DNA of 64,000 nucleotides from Gammaproteobacteria bacterium (GCA_965237805.1 OZ250153.1:928001-992000), one strand, 5' to 3'. Numbered from the stretch's first letter, positions 30,858-41,564 are shown. Translations and numbers: made by a program. Notes: a model not told the origin generated them from the sequence alone.

Positions 30858-32285
30858 ATGCATACAAAACAGCTGAAGTCTAATGGTGGGTGCCGACTCA
30901 CACTGGCGGCAGCCACGGTCGCAGCGCTGACCATGACGGCCACGCTGAGCGCCCCGGCACAGGCGGCGCGCGGCTATATCAGCTTGGGCATCGGGCTATC
31001 CGATGTGCTCGATCAGAAGATCAGCAGCTGTACGCGGCAGACAGCCAATCTCGCCACGATCAGCTGCGCGCCAAATACCGACACCGAGCCCGCGCCTGTC
31101 GCCACACTGGCCGGTGGCCTGCTGTTCGGGCATTTCAGTGCCGAATTGGCGTACACCAATCGACGCGCCATACTGCGTGATGCAGGTGGTGACAGCTCGA
31201 CGAGTCCGTTCTACGGCCTGCAGATGCACGAGCTATTTGCCAACGGCTATTTCCACTTTGCTATCGGCTCGCGCTTGCGCCCCTATATTGGCTTCGGCTT
31301 GGGCTTCGGCGATTTTCGCATCAAAGCGAATGGCACCATCGATAATGCCGGTAACACCGTCCTCTACGATGCCATCTACGACGACTCCCTGTTCGGCTTT
31401 CAGGGTCTGCTGGGCGTCGATGTCCAGCTGAGCCCCAACAGCATCATCGGTCTCGGGCTGCGCTTCACCTCTTTCAGCGGCGCGGATGTGGCCCCCTCGC
31501 TGTGGACAACCTCCTCCACCCCCCTTGTGGCATCCTTCACCTCCAGCTTCAAAGACTTGGATTTCGTCAACGTCACACTGGACTACAGCTACCACTTCGA
31601 TTTCGACTATTTTTCCAAACCGTCGGATAAAAACAAATGGATCAGTGCTCCGGATGCCCCCGAGCGCGACCGTTTTGGCTTTTACCTGCAGACGGCGATC
31701 CCCTATATGTACGCCCCCGGCAAGCTGGACGTCACCCAGCAGGTCGGCAACATAGCGAGCACCCTGAGCTTCAACAGTTTGGGTGGCGCCCTCGGCACCG
31801 GCATCGGACTCGGTGTCCATATCGGCGCACTACGACTCGAAGTCAGCTATGATTTCCGCCAATACACCAACCGCGACCCGAGCTTTCAAGTCGGTTGCAC
31901 CAACTGCATCACCAGTCTGGGCGACTACACTGTGCAGGAGTATATGGCGCTGGCGTATTGGGACTTCAAACCGTTGCTTTTAGGTGCCACACCGCTGGCA
32001 CCCTATATCGGTGCTGGCTTTGGCGTCGCCGACACCGAGACCAGCTTTCTGGCACTCGGCGCGGATGCGGGTAGCGCGAATGGCTATGGCGCAGACAAAG
32101 ATGCAGTGGCCACGGCGCGCCTGAGCGCCGGTCTGAGCTACCCGATTGATGAGCGCGTCAATCTGGGGATGGAAATGCGTTTCTCTTGGTACGATAAGGC
32201 CAACTTCGTTGGTGGCAACTTCTCCCTCGCGGTAGAAGAGCAGTTCCACTTTGGAACGGCGGTGGTGTTGCGCTATCAGTTCTAA
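30858..32285 (+). CDS. Outer-membrane protein with two tandem OmpA/Opa-like beta-barrel domains
   Basis: Signal peptide (AQA); two PYIG(F/A)G(L/F)G motifs; aromatic barrel ends YSYHF (internal) and RYQF (C-terminal). Confidence 0.72.
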   Translation: MHTKQLKSNGGCRLTLAAATVAALTMTATLSAPAQAARGYISLGIGLSDVLDQKISSCTRQTANLATISCAPNTDTEPAPVATLAGGLLFGHFSAELAYTNRRAILRDAGGDSSTSPFYGLQMHELFANGYFHFAIGSRLRPYIGFGLGFGDFRIKANGTIDNAGNTVLYDAIYDDSLFGFQGLLGVDVQLSPNSIIGLGLRFTSFSGADVAPSLWTTSSTPLVASFTSSFKDLDFVNVTLDYSYHFDFDYFSKPSDKNKWISAPDAPERDRFGFYLQTAIPYMYAPGKLDVTQQVGNIASTLSFNSLGGALGTGIGLGVHIGALRLEVSYDFRQYTNRDPSFQVGCTNCITSLGDYTVQEYMALAYWDFKPLLLGATPLAPYIGAGFGVADTETSFLALGADAGSANGYGADKDAVATARLSAGLSYPIDERVNLGMEMRFSWYDKANFVGGNFSLAVEEQFHFGTAVVLRYQF

Positions 32286-32339
32286 TCTCCACGGCGTCTG
32301 GGAGGCGACAATCGTGCCCGCTAAACCAATGGCAACGCG

Positions 32340-33545
32340 GTGTGGCATCGGTGCACCACCGCGCCTGCACCCGCCGTCTTGAGCGAAGCCGAGCCGACAT
32401 TTCCGGAGTTTCTCCCCCTCCCAGATAGCGAGGCGGCCGCCGCCGTGCGGCGCTTGGCCGATGCACACATTGTGCGCTTTGCCCTGCTGAGCGGTCTCCA
32501 CCCCAAATGGCCACGCCTCTTGCGCTGGTTGCTGTCGCGTCACAACGCCGTGTTGCTGCGCCATCAACTGCGCGCCATCGACACCGTGGCCGCCTTTCAA
32601 AATCAGGTGGCAAACTGGTTGCACCGTGCGCTCGCGCACAGCGCAGATGAGATCAGCGACAGCGGCTTCAGCGAACTGGAGCTGGATCGCCCGACCCTGT
32701 TCGTCGGCAATCACCGCGACATTGCCCTCGACGGTGTGCTGCTCGACCTGACCTTGCTCAAATACGGTGCCCAAACGGTGCGCCTCGCCATCGGCGACAA
32801 CCTATTCCACCCACCGCTAATGGCCGACTTCTTCCGCATCAACCGCGGTTTCAGCGTCCAGCGGGAAGCCACCAGCCGCCGCCAAGCAATGCGCCACATG
32901 GCCGCCATATCCTCCTATATCCGCACTTCGCTGTCCGACGGCATCTCGGTATGGATCGCCCAGAACAGCGGGCGCGCCAAAGACGGCATGGACCGAACCA
33001 CCCCCTCGCTGCTATACATGCTCACTCAGGCCTGGCGGCCACTGCCTTTCCCCGACATCATCCGCCAGCTGCGCGTCGTGCCCGTCGCCTGCTCCTATGA
33101 ATACGATCCCTGCACGGCAGAAAAGGCGCAGGCCTGTCTGGTAGCCGAGCAGAGTGCTGGCGGGCGCGCAATGCCCACAGCTGGCAGCAGCGCACCGGAG
33201 CTGCTCAAAGGACTGAGCGGCCACAAGGGGCGCATCCATATCGCCGCCGGCACGGCACTCGACGGGGAATACGCCGATCAGGCAGAAGCCGCCGCCGCCA
33301 TCGACCGCCAGATCCACCGCTTGTTCAGACTCTATCCGCAAAATATCATCGCCGCCCAACAGCTCGAGGGCGCGGCTTGGCCCGAGGATTTCCGCGATGT
33401 CTTCGATCCCGAAGCACCGCAAGCAGTCACGGACAGAACTATTTTTGAGCGCCATATGGCGGCGTTGGCGGCGGAGCTGCACCCCTATGCCCTGCGGGCC
33501 TTAGCTAATCCGGTGATCAACGCCCGCATCGCCAACCGCGATTAG
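32340..33545 (+). CDS. Acylglycerophosphate acyltransferase-like protein
   Basis: NHRDIALD (HX4D), AIGDNL, WIAQ..GRAKDG.D.T, SYEYDPC. Confidence 0.85.
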   Translation: MWHRCTTAPAPAVLSEAEPTFPEFLPLPDSEAAAAVRRLADAHIVRFALLSGLHPKWPRLLRWLLSRHNAVLLRHQLRAIDTVAAFQNQVANWLHRALAHSADEISDSGFSELELDRPTLFVGNHRDIALDGVLLDLTLLKYGAQTVRLAIGDNLFHPPLMADFFRINRGFSVQREATSRRQAMRHMAAISSYIRTSLSDGISVWIAQNSGRAKDGMDRTTPSLLYMLTQAWRPLPFPDIIRQLRVVPVACSYEYDPCTAEKAQACLVAEQSAGGRAMPTAGSSAPELLKGLSGHKGRIHIAAGTALDGEYADQAEAAAAIDRQIHRLFRLYPQNIIAAQQLEGAAWPEDFRDVFDPEAPQAVTDRTIFERHMAALAAELHPYALRALANPVINARIANRD

Positions 33546-33622
33546 CGGTACAAGCAGCTCAGCTGCCCCGGCAGCATGCTACGCTAAAGCGCAGGCACCA
33601 CCGCTAGAACAGGTGTTGCGAC

Positions 33623-34411
33623 ATGGTGTATGAAATCCCCACCGAGGCAATCGCCGCCGAGCGGCGGCGCCACCGCATCCTCAGCGAATTGCTGGACGAC
33701 CGCACTGGCGCACAGTTTGATCACGCTGGCTTGGCAAGTGGCTGGTGCTGCCTTGAAATTGGCTGCGGCGGCGGCTCGGTGGCGGCGATGCTGGCCGACC
33801 GGGTCGGTGCCGACGGTGAGGTGTTGGCGGTCGACATCAATCTGAGGCTGAGCGATGAATTCTTGCCCGAAGTGCCACCACAGCTGAGCCTGCGCGAATA
33901 CAACATCGAAGAGGGACCGCCCCAATTAGCACATTTTGACTTGGTGCACGCCCGCGCTTTGCTGGAACATTTGGTCGACCCCGCCACCAGCCTGCGGCAT
34001 ATGTATCAAAGCCTGCGACCGGGCGGGCATCTCGCCGTTTCCGGTAGCGATTGGTCGCTGTTCGACCAACAAGACCTGCCCGATCCATTTGGAGCACTCA
34101 TGGCGCAGATGCACCGTCTGGTAGAGCTGCAGGAAAACAGCCATCAACGGCGCATGGGCGCGAAGCTGCTACCGATGCTGAACGAGCTCGGCTTTGTCGA
34201 TATCCACGCCGAAGGGCATGTCTGGCTGATGCGCGGCGGGCAGCCCAGCGCTGAATGGTTCATACAGGCCTTGGAATGGGCACTGCCTGACTTGACGAGC
34301 CAAGGGCTGGTGGACGGCGAGCTGGCGACTCGTGCGCTGGCTCAAGCACGGGAGCCAGACTTCACGATCCTCTCGCCGGTACACCTCGCCGTCAACGCGA
34401 GGCGTCCATAG
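33623..34411 (+). CDS. Class I SAM-dependent methyltransferase
   Basis: CLEIGCGGG, FDLVHARALLEH, LRPGG. Confidence 0.88.
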   Translation: MVYEIPTEAIAAERRRHRILSELLDDRTGAQFDHAGLASGWCCLEIGCGGGSVAAMLADRVGADGEVLAVDINLRLSDEFLPEVPPQLSLREYNIEEGPPQLAHFDLVHARALLEHLVDPATSLRHMYQSLRPGGHLAVSGSDWSLFDQQDLPDPFGALMAQMHRLVELQENSHQRRMGAKLLPMLNELGFVDIHAEGHVWLMRGGQPSAEWFIQALEWALPDLTSQGLVDGELATRALAQAREPDFTILSPVHLAVNARRP

Positions 34412-34414
34412 CGA

Positions 34415-34442
34415 CCCGCGTCTAGGCCCGCGTCTAGGCCCG
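34415..34442. repeat. 12-bp tandem repeat CCCGCGTCTAGG (2 copies plus CCCG) duplicating the DUF349 stop codon
   Basis: Copies at 34415-34426 and 34427-34438. Confidence 0.8.
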
Positions 34443-37244
34443 AGGCCGCCGTCGGCGCGGCTTCTTGCGCGCTGGCACATCAGCCCGTTTCGCTATTGCT
34501 GCCAGTGCTTTGCGCTGGTGTTCCGCAACGGCACCGAGCTGTTGCTCAAGCGCCTCGACGGCGGCAGCGAAGCGCCCTGCCAAGGCCTTTTCGGTCTCCG
34601 GGTCGGCAACCGGCCCACACAGCCACTCACGGCGCAACGCATCCACTTGGCCACGGCTGATCTGCCCACTTTTGAGCCCCTGATGCTGCATGTTTTGCAG
34701 CTGATAGGTGGTGCGCAATTCGCTGTCCTCAGGCGGGGAATCGATAGCGGCCAACAGCTCGGCGCGGATACAGGCAAGGTGCCGCTCCTGCGGCGGCACA
34801 GCGGGCTCCCCAGCCATGGCAGCCGCCCAGCGGTGCTGCATGGCCTGGTGTAGCTTGGGCGGCAAATCGATGCCGCTGGACCACTGCGAAGCCAGCTCCT
34901 CGCCCAGTGTGGTGCGCTCTGCTGGCTCAGCACCCTCGAGACACAGACATAAATCGGCCCGACGACCGAGCTCCTCGCGCTCTGTCTGCATGCGCTGCCG
35001 CGCCGTGTGTCGCTGGCGGCGTTCAGCACACTGCTCGTACTCACGCCGCAGCTTGGCAGCTGCGTCGCCAGCGATGTGCTCCTCGGCGAGCAGGGCATCG
35101 GCCTCTTGGCATAACTGCTGGTAGCGCTCTGCCGCCGCCGTCGGCTCCAACGCTCGCAAGGCGGCGGTCAAATCGCGCAGCTTGCCCTGCTGTTCGGCAC
35201 GCTCGCGCTGACGGCGCAGCCGGGCATCCTCGGCACCGGCAAAAAAAGTGTCCATAACCGCTTGGAAGGCCTGTGCTTGCTGCGGGTCGTCCTCGGCCAT
35301 CAAGGTCTTGAAATGATGTTGCATCAGCTTGGCTTTTTGCGCATCTTTGGGGGCGACCAAAGCCTGTGCCTGCGCGATCAACTGTTGTCGCTGTCGATGG
35401 AGTGCGGCGCGTGCGGGCTCGAGGTGCTGGTCCAGCTCGGCACACAGCTGCCGATAGCGCTGCTCCACCGCCTCCCTCTGCTCCTTCGGCACCGGCCCCG
35501 ACCGCTGCCACTGACTGTCAACGCGCTGCAACAGCGCCATCGTCTCCTGCCAATCCGGACGCTCCGGATCGATCTGTCCAAGCCACTCGGCGAGCTGTGC
35601 ACACAGTTTTTGGCGCTGCTGGAGATTCTGTTCACGCTGCGCCCGTTCGCGTTCGAAGAAGGCCGCACAGGGCTCAAAAGCACGCTCGGAGAGGCTGCGA
35701 AAACGCTGCCACAAATCCTCATCGCCAACCCGACCCAGCGACTGCCACTGCTGTTGCAACGCCTTGATGCGTGCCGCCTTGGCCCTGGGATGCATGTCCT
35801 CCCGAGCCAGCCGCTCCATCTCGTCACAGAGGGCGATGTATTTGGGCTGGGCGGCAAAATCGCGCCAGCCACTCAATTCTTCCAAACGCTTCTTGGCCCC
35901 CTCCAAAGCCTGCATGCTGCGCTGCCTGGCCCGCTCGCCCAGCTGGGACAGCTGTTCGGCTTCGGTTCGCCGCAACAAGGCGGTCGCTTGGCGCAAACTC
36001 CCTCTGCGCAACAGGCCATGCAGGCGCTTGACCGCCGTCTCGATCTTCGCCTCCACGACCCGCTCGGCCTGCTCCAAGTGCCGACAACACTTGCGCTGGC
36101 GTTTGATCGCACCGTGCAACTCCACCAGCACACTCGGCTCAGCAAAGGCTGGCGGCCATGCGAGCTGCTGCTGTAACTCCTCCAAGCGCTCACTGCGCTG
36201 ACTGGCGACCAGCAAGGATTCGTCGAGCTCGGGCTCGGCCAAGAGCTGCTCCAACTGCGGCTGTTTGGCCACCACCGAATCGACTGCGGCACAGAAGCTG
36301 TCGACTTGGACAAGCAGCTGCTGCCAGCGCTGTCCCAAAGCATCGTCGGGTGCCACTTCCTCGGCGAGGGCTCCGGCCCATAGCGCCTCCTGCTCTCGCA
36401 ACACGCAACGCAACGCCACCGTGTCCAGCAGCGGTGGCTCGACGGCGCTGAGCCCCGGCCGCACGGGCCCAACACGCAATGGGACCAAGGCCTCCTCCAG
36501 CAACTCGCAACAACGCTGCATCTGCAACGGCAATTCGACTGCACGGCGGTGATCCTCCACCCGCTCTTCGCAGCGCCGTTGCGCGCGCGTCGCGCGTTGG
36601 TGCAACTCGGCCGAGGCACCGTCGGCTTGGTGCTGCCATTTGCGCAGGCGATGCGCCAGCTGATGGCCATAGCTGGCATGCCACGGCGCTTGCGCCAGCA
36701 CCTCCAGCGCGGCGCAACTCTGCTCCCGCCCCTGCCACTGGTCCTGCTGACGGCGCTCCTCGTCGGCTCGCTTTTCCAGTCGAGCTCGCACCGCACGCGC
36801 AACTCGCCGGTCGCGCTGAATCGCGCTCTTGAGCACTGTGCCAAGCAATGTGGTATCGGTGATGCTTTGGGCCGCGCTGAGGCGGGTGCCACCATCTTCG
36901 GCCTCAACTGCTATCACCGCCAACGCGGCGTCATCCGCCGTTGCCGCCAAGCGCGCCACCGCCTCTCTCTGCTGTGACGGCTCGGCATGATAGAGCGCAC
37001 TCAGCAAGTCGCCCACACCGCCGCCGTCGATCAGCTCGCGCAACCGCACGCGCAACGCTTGGCGAATGCGCTCTGGTGCTATGGGTTCCGCCCGCAACAG
37101 GGCATGCAACAACTCTGGCTGAGACTGCTCGGCCAATCGCCGTGCCAACGGCAGCCCATCGCCCTGCTGCGCGGCAGCGAGATCGAGTTCCTCTCGCAGG
37201 CCAGCGAGGACAGCGGGCACCGTCGCCTGATCATCCATCGCCAA
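34434..37244 (-). CDS. DUF349 domain-containing coiled-coil protein
   Basis: WRDFAAQPK...LC, IKALQQQWQSLG, LWQRFR...AFEPC, W...GPVP repeats. Confidence 0.8.
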   Translation of the reverse strand: MAMDDQATVPAVLAGLREELDLAAAQQGDGLPLARRLAEQSQPELLHALLRAEPIAPERIRQALRVRLRELIDGGGVGDLLSALYHAEPSQQREAVARLAATADDAALAVIAVEAEDGGTRLSAAQSITDTTLLGTVLKSAIQRDRRVARAVRARLEKRADEERRQQDQWQGREQSCAALEVLAQAPWHASYGHQLAHRLRKWQHQADGASAELHQRATRAQRRCEERVEDHRRAVELPLQMQRCCELLEEALVPLRVGPVRPGLSAVEPPLLDTVALRCVLREQEALWAGALAEEVAPDDALGQRWQQLLVQVDSFCAAVDSVVAKQPQLEQLLAEPELDESLLVASQRSERLEELQQQLAWPPAFAEPSVLVELHGAIKRQRKCCRHLEQAERVVEAKIETAVKRLHGLLRRGSLRQATALLRRTEAEQLSQLGERARQRSMQALEGAKKRLEELSGWRDFAAQPKYIALCDEMERLAREDMHPRAKAARIKALQQQWQSLGRVGDEDLWQRFRSLSERAFEPCAAFFERERAQREQNLQQRQKLCAQLAEWLGQIDPERPDWQETMALLQRVDSQWQRSGPVPKEQREAVEQRYRQLCAELDQHLEPARAALHRQRQQLIAQAQALVAPKDAQKAKLMQHHFKTLMAEDDPQQAQAFQAVMDTFFAGAEDARLRRQRERAEQQGKLRDLTAALRALEPTAAAERYQQLCQEADALLAEEHIAGDAAAKLRREYEQCAERRQRHTARQRMQTEREELGRRADLCLCLEGAEPAERTTLGEELASQWSSGIDLPPKLHQAMQHRWAAAMAGEPAVPPQERHLACIRAELLAAIDSPPEDSELRTTYQLQNMQHQGLKSGQISRGQVDALRREWLCGPVADPETEKALAGRFAAAVEALEQQLGAVAEHQRKALAAIAKRADVPARKKPRRRRPRA

Positions 37245-37385
37245 GGCTCTGTCTTATGCTTGAGGCCATGGGATTCGCCGATACCTGCGGCGGGAGCCAC
37301 GTGCCCCGATTGTCAACCCGCCATCACATGCAGGTCGATCCTCCGCTATTCTAGCACTGGGAAAGGCGCTGAGCGGCTGGGGCCA

Positions 37386-39479
37386 ATGCTTGAGACCATA
37401 GTTGAGACCATGAACGATGCCTACCGCCAGTGGCTCGCTGGCATGGGCTTCTCGGAACGCCCCGAGCAGCTGCGGATGATGCGCAGCATTGCCAGCGCGC
37501 TGTTGCGAGTCGACGGCTCACCGCCGCTGAGCGCTATCGAAGCGCCGTCCGGCACTGGCAAGACTGTCGCCTATCTGCACGCGGCCATCCCACTGGCACG
37601 CGCACTCGGCAAGCAGGTGGTGGTGTCGACCTCAACTATCACGCTGCAGGAGCAACTGATGCACAAGGATCTGCCATCACTGTGCGAACACAGCGGCTTG
37701 GCTTTCGACTACGCACTAGTCAAGGGACGGCGGCGCTACTTATGCCGTGCGCGCTTTGAGCAGAACGCCGGGCTTGACGACGCTGCGCCGCAGGGCGATT
37801 TCGATTTGGAAAAATCACCACCGGCCGCTGGGACACGCACACTCTATCGGGAGCTGCGAGCGGCCTTGGACAGCGGCGAATGGGATGGCGACAGAGATCA
37901 CTGGCCGGGAAATACGGCGATGCCAGAGCGGGACTGGTTGGCGGTGACCAGCAGCAGTGCCGAATGCCCCGGGCATCGTTGCGGACACTTCCAAGACTGT
38001 TGCCTCTACGCCGCTCGACAGCAGGCATCCCACGTGCTGTGCCGGATCACCAACCACGACTTGCTATTGGCCGATCTGATGCTGGGTGGCGGCGTACTGT
38101 TGCCTGCGCCCGAGCAGACCATCTACATCATCGATGAAGCGCACCGGCTGGGTGACAAGCTGTGCAACAGCATGAGCTGTCATGTCGGGCTGGAAACCAG
38201 TGCACAGTGGATCGACAGCTGTGATGCCTACCTCGGCCGCTGCTCAGAGCAGCCGCTGTCCGGAGTCGCCTTGGCCAGTGACTTGCAACAGAAATTGGCG
38301 CAGGCCGGTACGCACTTGGCCAGCTTGCGGCAAACATTGACCGCGTTGCGCACCCAACTCGCCAAGCAGTTGCGGGCGAATCGCTCGGTGGTGGTGCTGG
38401 AGCAGATAGCACCGGAGCTGGCGGCACTGGCCAAGCGTGCGAGCTCTCACTACAGCCACATGGCCGAGCTGCTCGGCGCGGCGCGCGATGCCTGTGGTGC
38501 GGCAGTGGCCAATGCGCGTGGCGCGGCGGCCGAGATCGAGCGGCGCTACCGCGAGCTGGGCAACTTGCTGAGCCACGCCGAAACAGCGCAGGCGCTGTGG
38601 CACCGCTACGCTGAAGCCGACGAGGAGGATCAGCCGCCATGGGCGCGGTGGCTACAATGGGAGGGTTCCTCGCTGGCGCAGATCTCGGCGGCTCCGGTGC
38701 GCGGCGGCCAGCTGTTGCGCAATCAGCTGTGGTCGCGCTGTGCCGGGGCCGCGCTGAGCGCGGCCACACTGACAGCGCTCGGGCGCTTCGATCTGCTCTG
38801 CGCCCAGACCGGTCTGCCCACAGACAGCGCTTTCGATTGCTTGCCGCAGGTCTTCGACCACCAGCGGGCGGCCTCTCTGCATATCCCACAACGCGGCTTC
38901 GACCCGCGCGAGGCGGCGCGGCACAGCCGCGAGGTCTCGGTCCTACTGGCCCGGCTGTTGCCACAGCAAAGCGGCGGCAGCTTGGTGCTGTGCGCCTCGC
39001 ACCACCAACTGACCGAGTTGGTGGCGGCACTGCCCAGCCCACTGCGGGCGCTTGCTCTGGTGCAGGGGGAGGGACTGAGCCGCAGCCAGCTGCTAGTGCA
39101 GCACCGCCAAGCGGTGGACGCAGGTCGCCGTAGCGTGCTGTTCGGTCTGGCCAGCTTCGCCGAGGGCGTGGATCTGCCCGGCGACTACTGCCGTTTGGTC
39201 GTGCTGACCAAATTGCCCTTCGCCCCGCCAGACGATCCGATCACTCAGACGCTATCGCGCTGGATAGAACGCAGCGGTGGGAGCAGCTTTGAGGAGGTGG
39301 CTCTGCCTGAGGCGTCGCGGCGCTTAGTGCAGGCCTGCGGGCGCCTGCTGCGCGCTGAAGACGACAGCGGGCGCATCGCCTGCTTGGACAGCCGACTCCA
39401 CACTAGCACTTACGGCGCACGCCTGCTCGCCACGTTGCCGCCCTACAGGCTCGCTACGCTGGAAGCGTTGTGGGCGTAG
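37386..39479 (+). CDS. dinG: ATP-dependent DNA helicase DinG
   Basis: EAPSGTGKT, KGRRRYLC, Fe-S cysteines, IDEAH, SFAEGVDLPG, QACGRLLR; start 37386 inferred. Confidence 0.9.
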   Translation: MLETIVETMNDAYRQWLAGMGFSERPEQLRMMRSIASALLRVDGSPPLSAIEAPSGTGKTVAYLHAAIPLARALGKQVVVSTSTITLQEQLMHKDLPSLCEHSGLAFDYALVKGRRRYLCRARFEQNAGLDDAAPQGDFDLEKSPPAAGTRTLYRELRAALDSGEWDGDRDHWPGNTAMPERDWLAVTSSSAECPGHRCGHFQDCCLYAARQQASHVLCRITNHDLLLADLMLGGGVLLPAPEQTIYIIDEAHRLGDKLCNSMSCHVGLETSAQWIDSCDAYLGRCSEQPLSGVALASDLQQKLAQAGTHLASLRQTLTALRTQLAKQLRANRSVVVLEQIAPELAALAKRASSHYSHMAELLGAARDACGAAVANARGAAAEIERRYRELGNLLSHAETAQALWHRYAEADEEDQPPWARWLQWEGSSLAQISAAPVRGGQLLRNQLWSRCAGAALSAATLTALGRFDLLCAQTGLPTDSAFDCLPQVFDHQRAASLHIPQRGFDPREAARHSREVSVLLARLLPQQSGGSLVLCASHHQLTELVAALPSPLRALALVQGEGLSRSQLLVQHRQAVDAGRRSVLFGLASFAEGVDLPGDYCRLVVLTKLPFAPPDDPITQTLSRWIERSGGSSFEEVALPEASRRLVQACGRLLRAEDDSGRIACLDSRLHTSTYGARLLATLPPYRLATLEALWA

Positions 39480-39494
39480 CACAAAGCGCGGTGG

Positions 39495-39959
39495 CTAAAA
39501 GCGGCGGTGGAACTTCTCGGGATTGGCCCAGTGCTCGGAGCTGTTCCAACGGCGCTTCGGGTTGTAGTGGCGAGCATCGTAGCGGTAGACCTCGCCCGGT
39601 TGCCCCAACTCACGCAGACGCTCCAAGCCCAAGGCATAGAAATCGCACTGCGACCACGAAATGAGAGACTCAGTCTCGGTTTCCAAGAGATAGAAGAGAT
39701 GGCTGTGAAAATCGCGCAGGCGGGCGAGCAGGCGTTCGCCGTGAGGGCGCTCCACACCACCGAGTTGATTGATCAGCAACACCAGATCAAAACGTCCACT
39801 CAAGTCACTCAGCTGCGATGCCGTGGCCAGCGAGTACAGCGCGTGGTCATCCGCCCGCCCCCACTGCTCGAGCACCGGCAATGGCTGGGCACTAAAACAA
39901 AGTAGCGAATGCGGCCGGTGGTGCCGCAGCAACCCTTCTAGCCAGTCGTCCAGAGCCAA
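39495..39959 (-). CDS. DUF6231 family protein
   Basis: C-terminal YN.KR.WN...WANPE.F motif. Confidence 0.7.
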   Translation of the reverse strand: MALDDWLEGLLRHHRPHSLLCFSAQPLPVLEQWGRADDHALYSLATASQLSDLSGRFDLVLLINQLGGVERPHGERLLARLRDFHSHLFYLLETETESLISWSQCDFYALGLERLRELGQPGEVYRYDARHYNPKRRWNSSEHWANPEKFHRRF

Positions 39960-39961
39960 GG

Positions 39962-40897
39962 TCAGCGGACGATGGCTGGGTGCGGCTCCCTAGGATCGCC
40001 AAACAGGGGGCGGTGCGAGACCGGCGCTTTGCCGTCGATGTCCAAGATGCCGTACTCGGCACCCAACTCGGCACTGATGAAGGTGCGCCCAGACTTCGCC
40101 ATGCGCTCCGGGTCGCGGTAGAGTGCGGCGATGACGCGCCCGGTGAATTGCGGCCATTCAGCGAGCGGCTCCAGCTCGGCGTAGGCCTCTGGCTTTTCCT
40201 TGAAGACACGCTCGGTGCGCTCGGTGTGCAACAGGCCGAGCCACAGCGAGGCGCTGGCGACATCGTGCTCGCGCAGATCGACGGCCATATCGGCAGCGAA
40301 TTTATCGACCCCCGCTTTCTGTGCACCATAGGCCGGGCCATGCATATAGCAAGCGCCGCCGAAGGAAGAAGTAAAACAGATCAACCCCTCGCGACGTGCC
40401 ACCATCAACGGTGCCGCATAGTAGCTGGCGACATAGGCTGAACGCAGGCCGACATCGAGGATGTCGACCAAGGCCAAGGATTTTTCCCAGAATGGGGCGG
40501 CTTCGATCAGCTGATCATGGATGTCGGTGGCATTGTTGACCAAGATGTCTAGGCACCCCCCCGATTCGTCGGCGACGCGCTCGAATAGTGCGCTCACTTG
40601 GGTGTCGTCGGCGTGATCGCAAGCCACGGCCACACCGGTGCCAGAGCCGGTAGCACTGATTTCATCAGCAGTAGCGCCGATGGTGCCGGGCAGTGAGGCC
40701 ACGCCCTCCTCGACCGTGCGCCCGGTCACATAGACGGTGGCACCAGCAGCACCCAGCGCCAAGGCGATGCCACGCCCAGCACCGCGGCTGGCACCGGTCA
40801 CCACACAGATGCAACCGACCAACTGCTGTTCGGTGGTGGACGAATTGTCCTCTGCGCTCATATCATCGCCTGCGGCAATGCGATCCCTGCCCTCCAT
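39962..40897 (-). CDS. Short-chain dehydrogenase/reductase
   Basis: TGASRGAGRG, LDILVNNA, YGAQK. Confidence 0.9.
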   Translation of the reverse strand: MEGRDRIAAGDDMSAEDNSSTTEQQLVGCICVVTGASRGAGRGIALALGAAGATVYVTGRTVEEGVASLPGTIGATADEISATGSGTGVAVACDHADDTQVSALFERVADESGGCLDILVNNATDIHDQLIEAAPFWEKSLALVDILDVGLRSAYVASYYAAPLMVARREGLICFTSSFGGACYMHGPAYGAQKAGVDKFAADMAVDLREHDVASASLWLGLLHTERTERVFKEKPEAYAELEPLAEWPQFTGRVIAALYRDPERMAKSGRTFISAELGAEYGILDIDGKAPVSHRPLFGDPREPHPAIVR

Positions 40898-40922
40898 GAT
40901 AACGGGAGCAGCGCGATGGCGG

Positions 40923-41465
40923 TCAGAGCGGCGGCGCGGTGCTGAGCGGCCATTGCATCAATGCGGTATGGCGGGCCCCCTCCGGGCGCAGCTCACTCTG
41001 GTACAGGGTGACGGCATGGCAGTCCAGCGACGGCAACGTCTGCGGTGACGGTAGTAGCGGCACCACCGCACCACGGCGCAGGCGAGCCAGCGTGATGTGG
41101 CCGCGGAAGCGCCGCCGCGGTGCTGGCAGGCCAGCGCGGTAAGCTGCGCCGCGCAGCGCCGCGGCCAAAGCCTCCAGCACATTCGGCGTAGCGGCCATCA
41201 CCGCCACCACTTGGGGGCGGGCAGTTGACGGAAACAACGCCGGACCGCTGAGCGGCACCGCACAGGAGTGGTGTCGCGCAATGACCTGCTCCGCGCAATA
41301 CATCAGTCGCTCGAGCTGTTGTGCCGGAGCGACTTCGATGAAGTGCAAAGTCAGGTGCAGCTGAGCTGGCGGCACCACACGCAGCGCGCCACCCAGCTCC
41401 GTCGCCAGCGCCGCCAGACGGCAGCGCAACACATCGTCGGGGACGACGGCAAAAAACAGACGCAT
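40923..41465 (-). CDS. thpR: RNA 2',3'-cyclic phosphodiesterase (2H family)
   Basis: MRLFFA start and two HxT motifs (HLTL, HITL). Confidence 0.88.
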   Translation of the reverse strand: MRLFFAVVPDDVLRCRLAALATELGGALRVVPPAQLHLTLHFIEVAPAQQLERLMYCAEQVIARHHSCAVPLSGPALFPSTARPQVVAVMAATPNVLEALAAALRGAAYRAGLPAPRRRFRGHITLARLRRGAVVPLLPSPQTLPSLDCHAVTLYQSELRPEGARHTALMQWPLSTAPPL

Positions 41466-41564
41466 GGCCTAAGTATAAGACGCTCGCCCCGCGCTACTGG
41501 CAACGGCTCCCGCACGACACCCAGCGACTATACTTCGCATCTCATAGCCCCCACGCCCATAAAT

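Noticed and set aside
37284-37335. Nested inverted repeat between DUF349 and dinG as an ncRNA
   Set aside because: Short GC-rich arms are expected by chance and match no RNA family I recognise.
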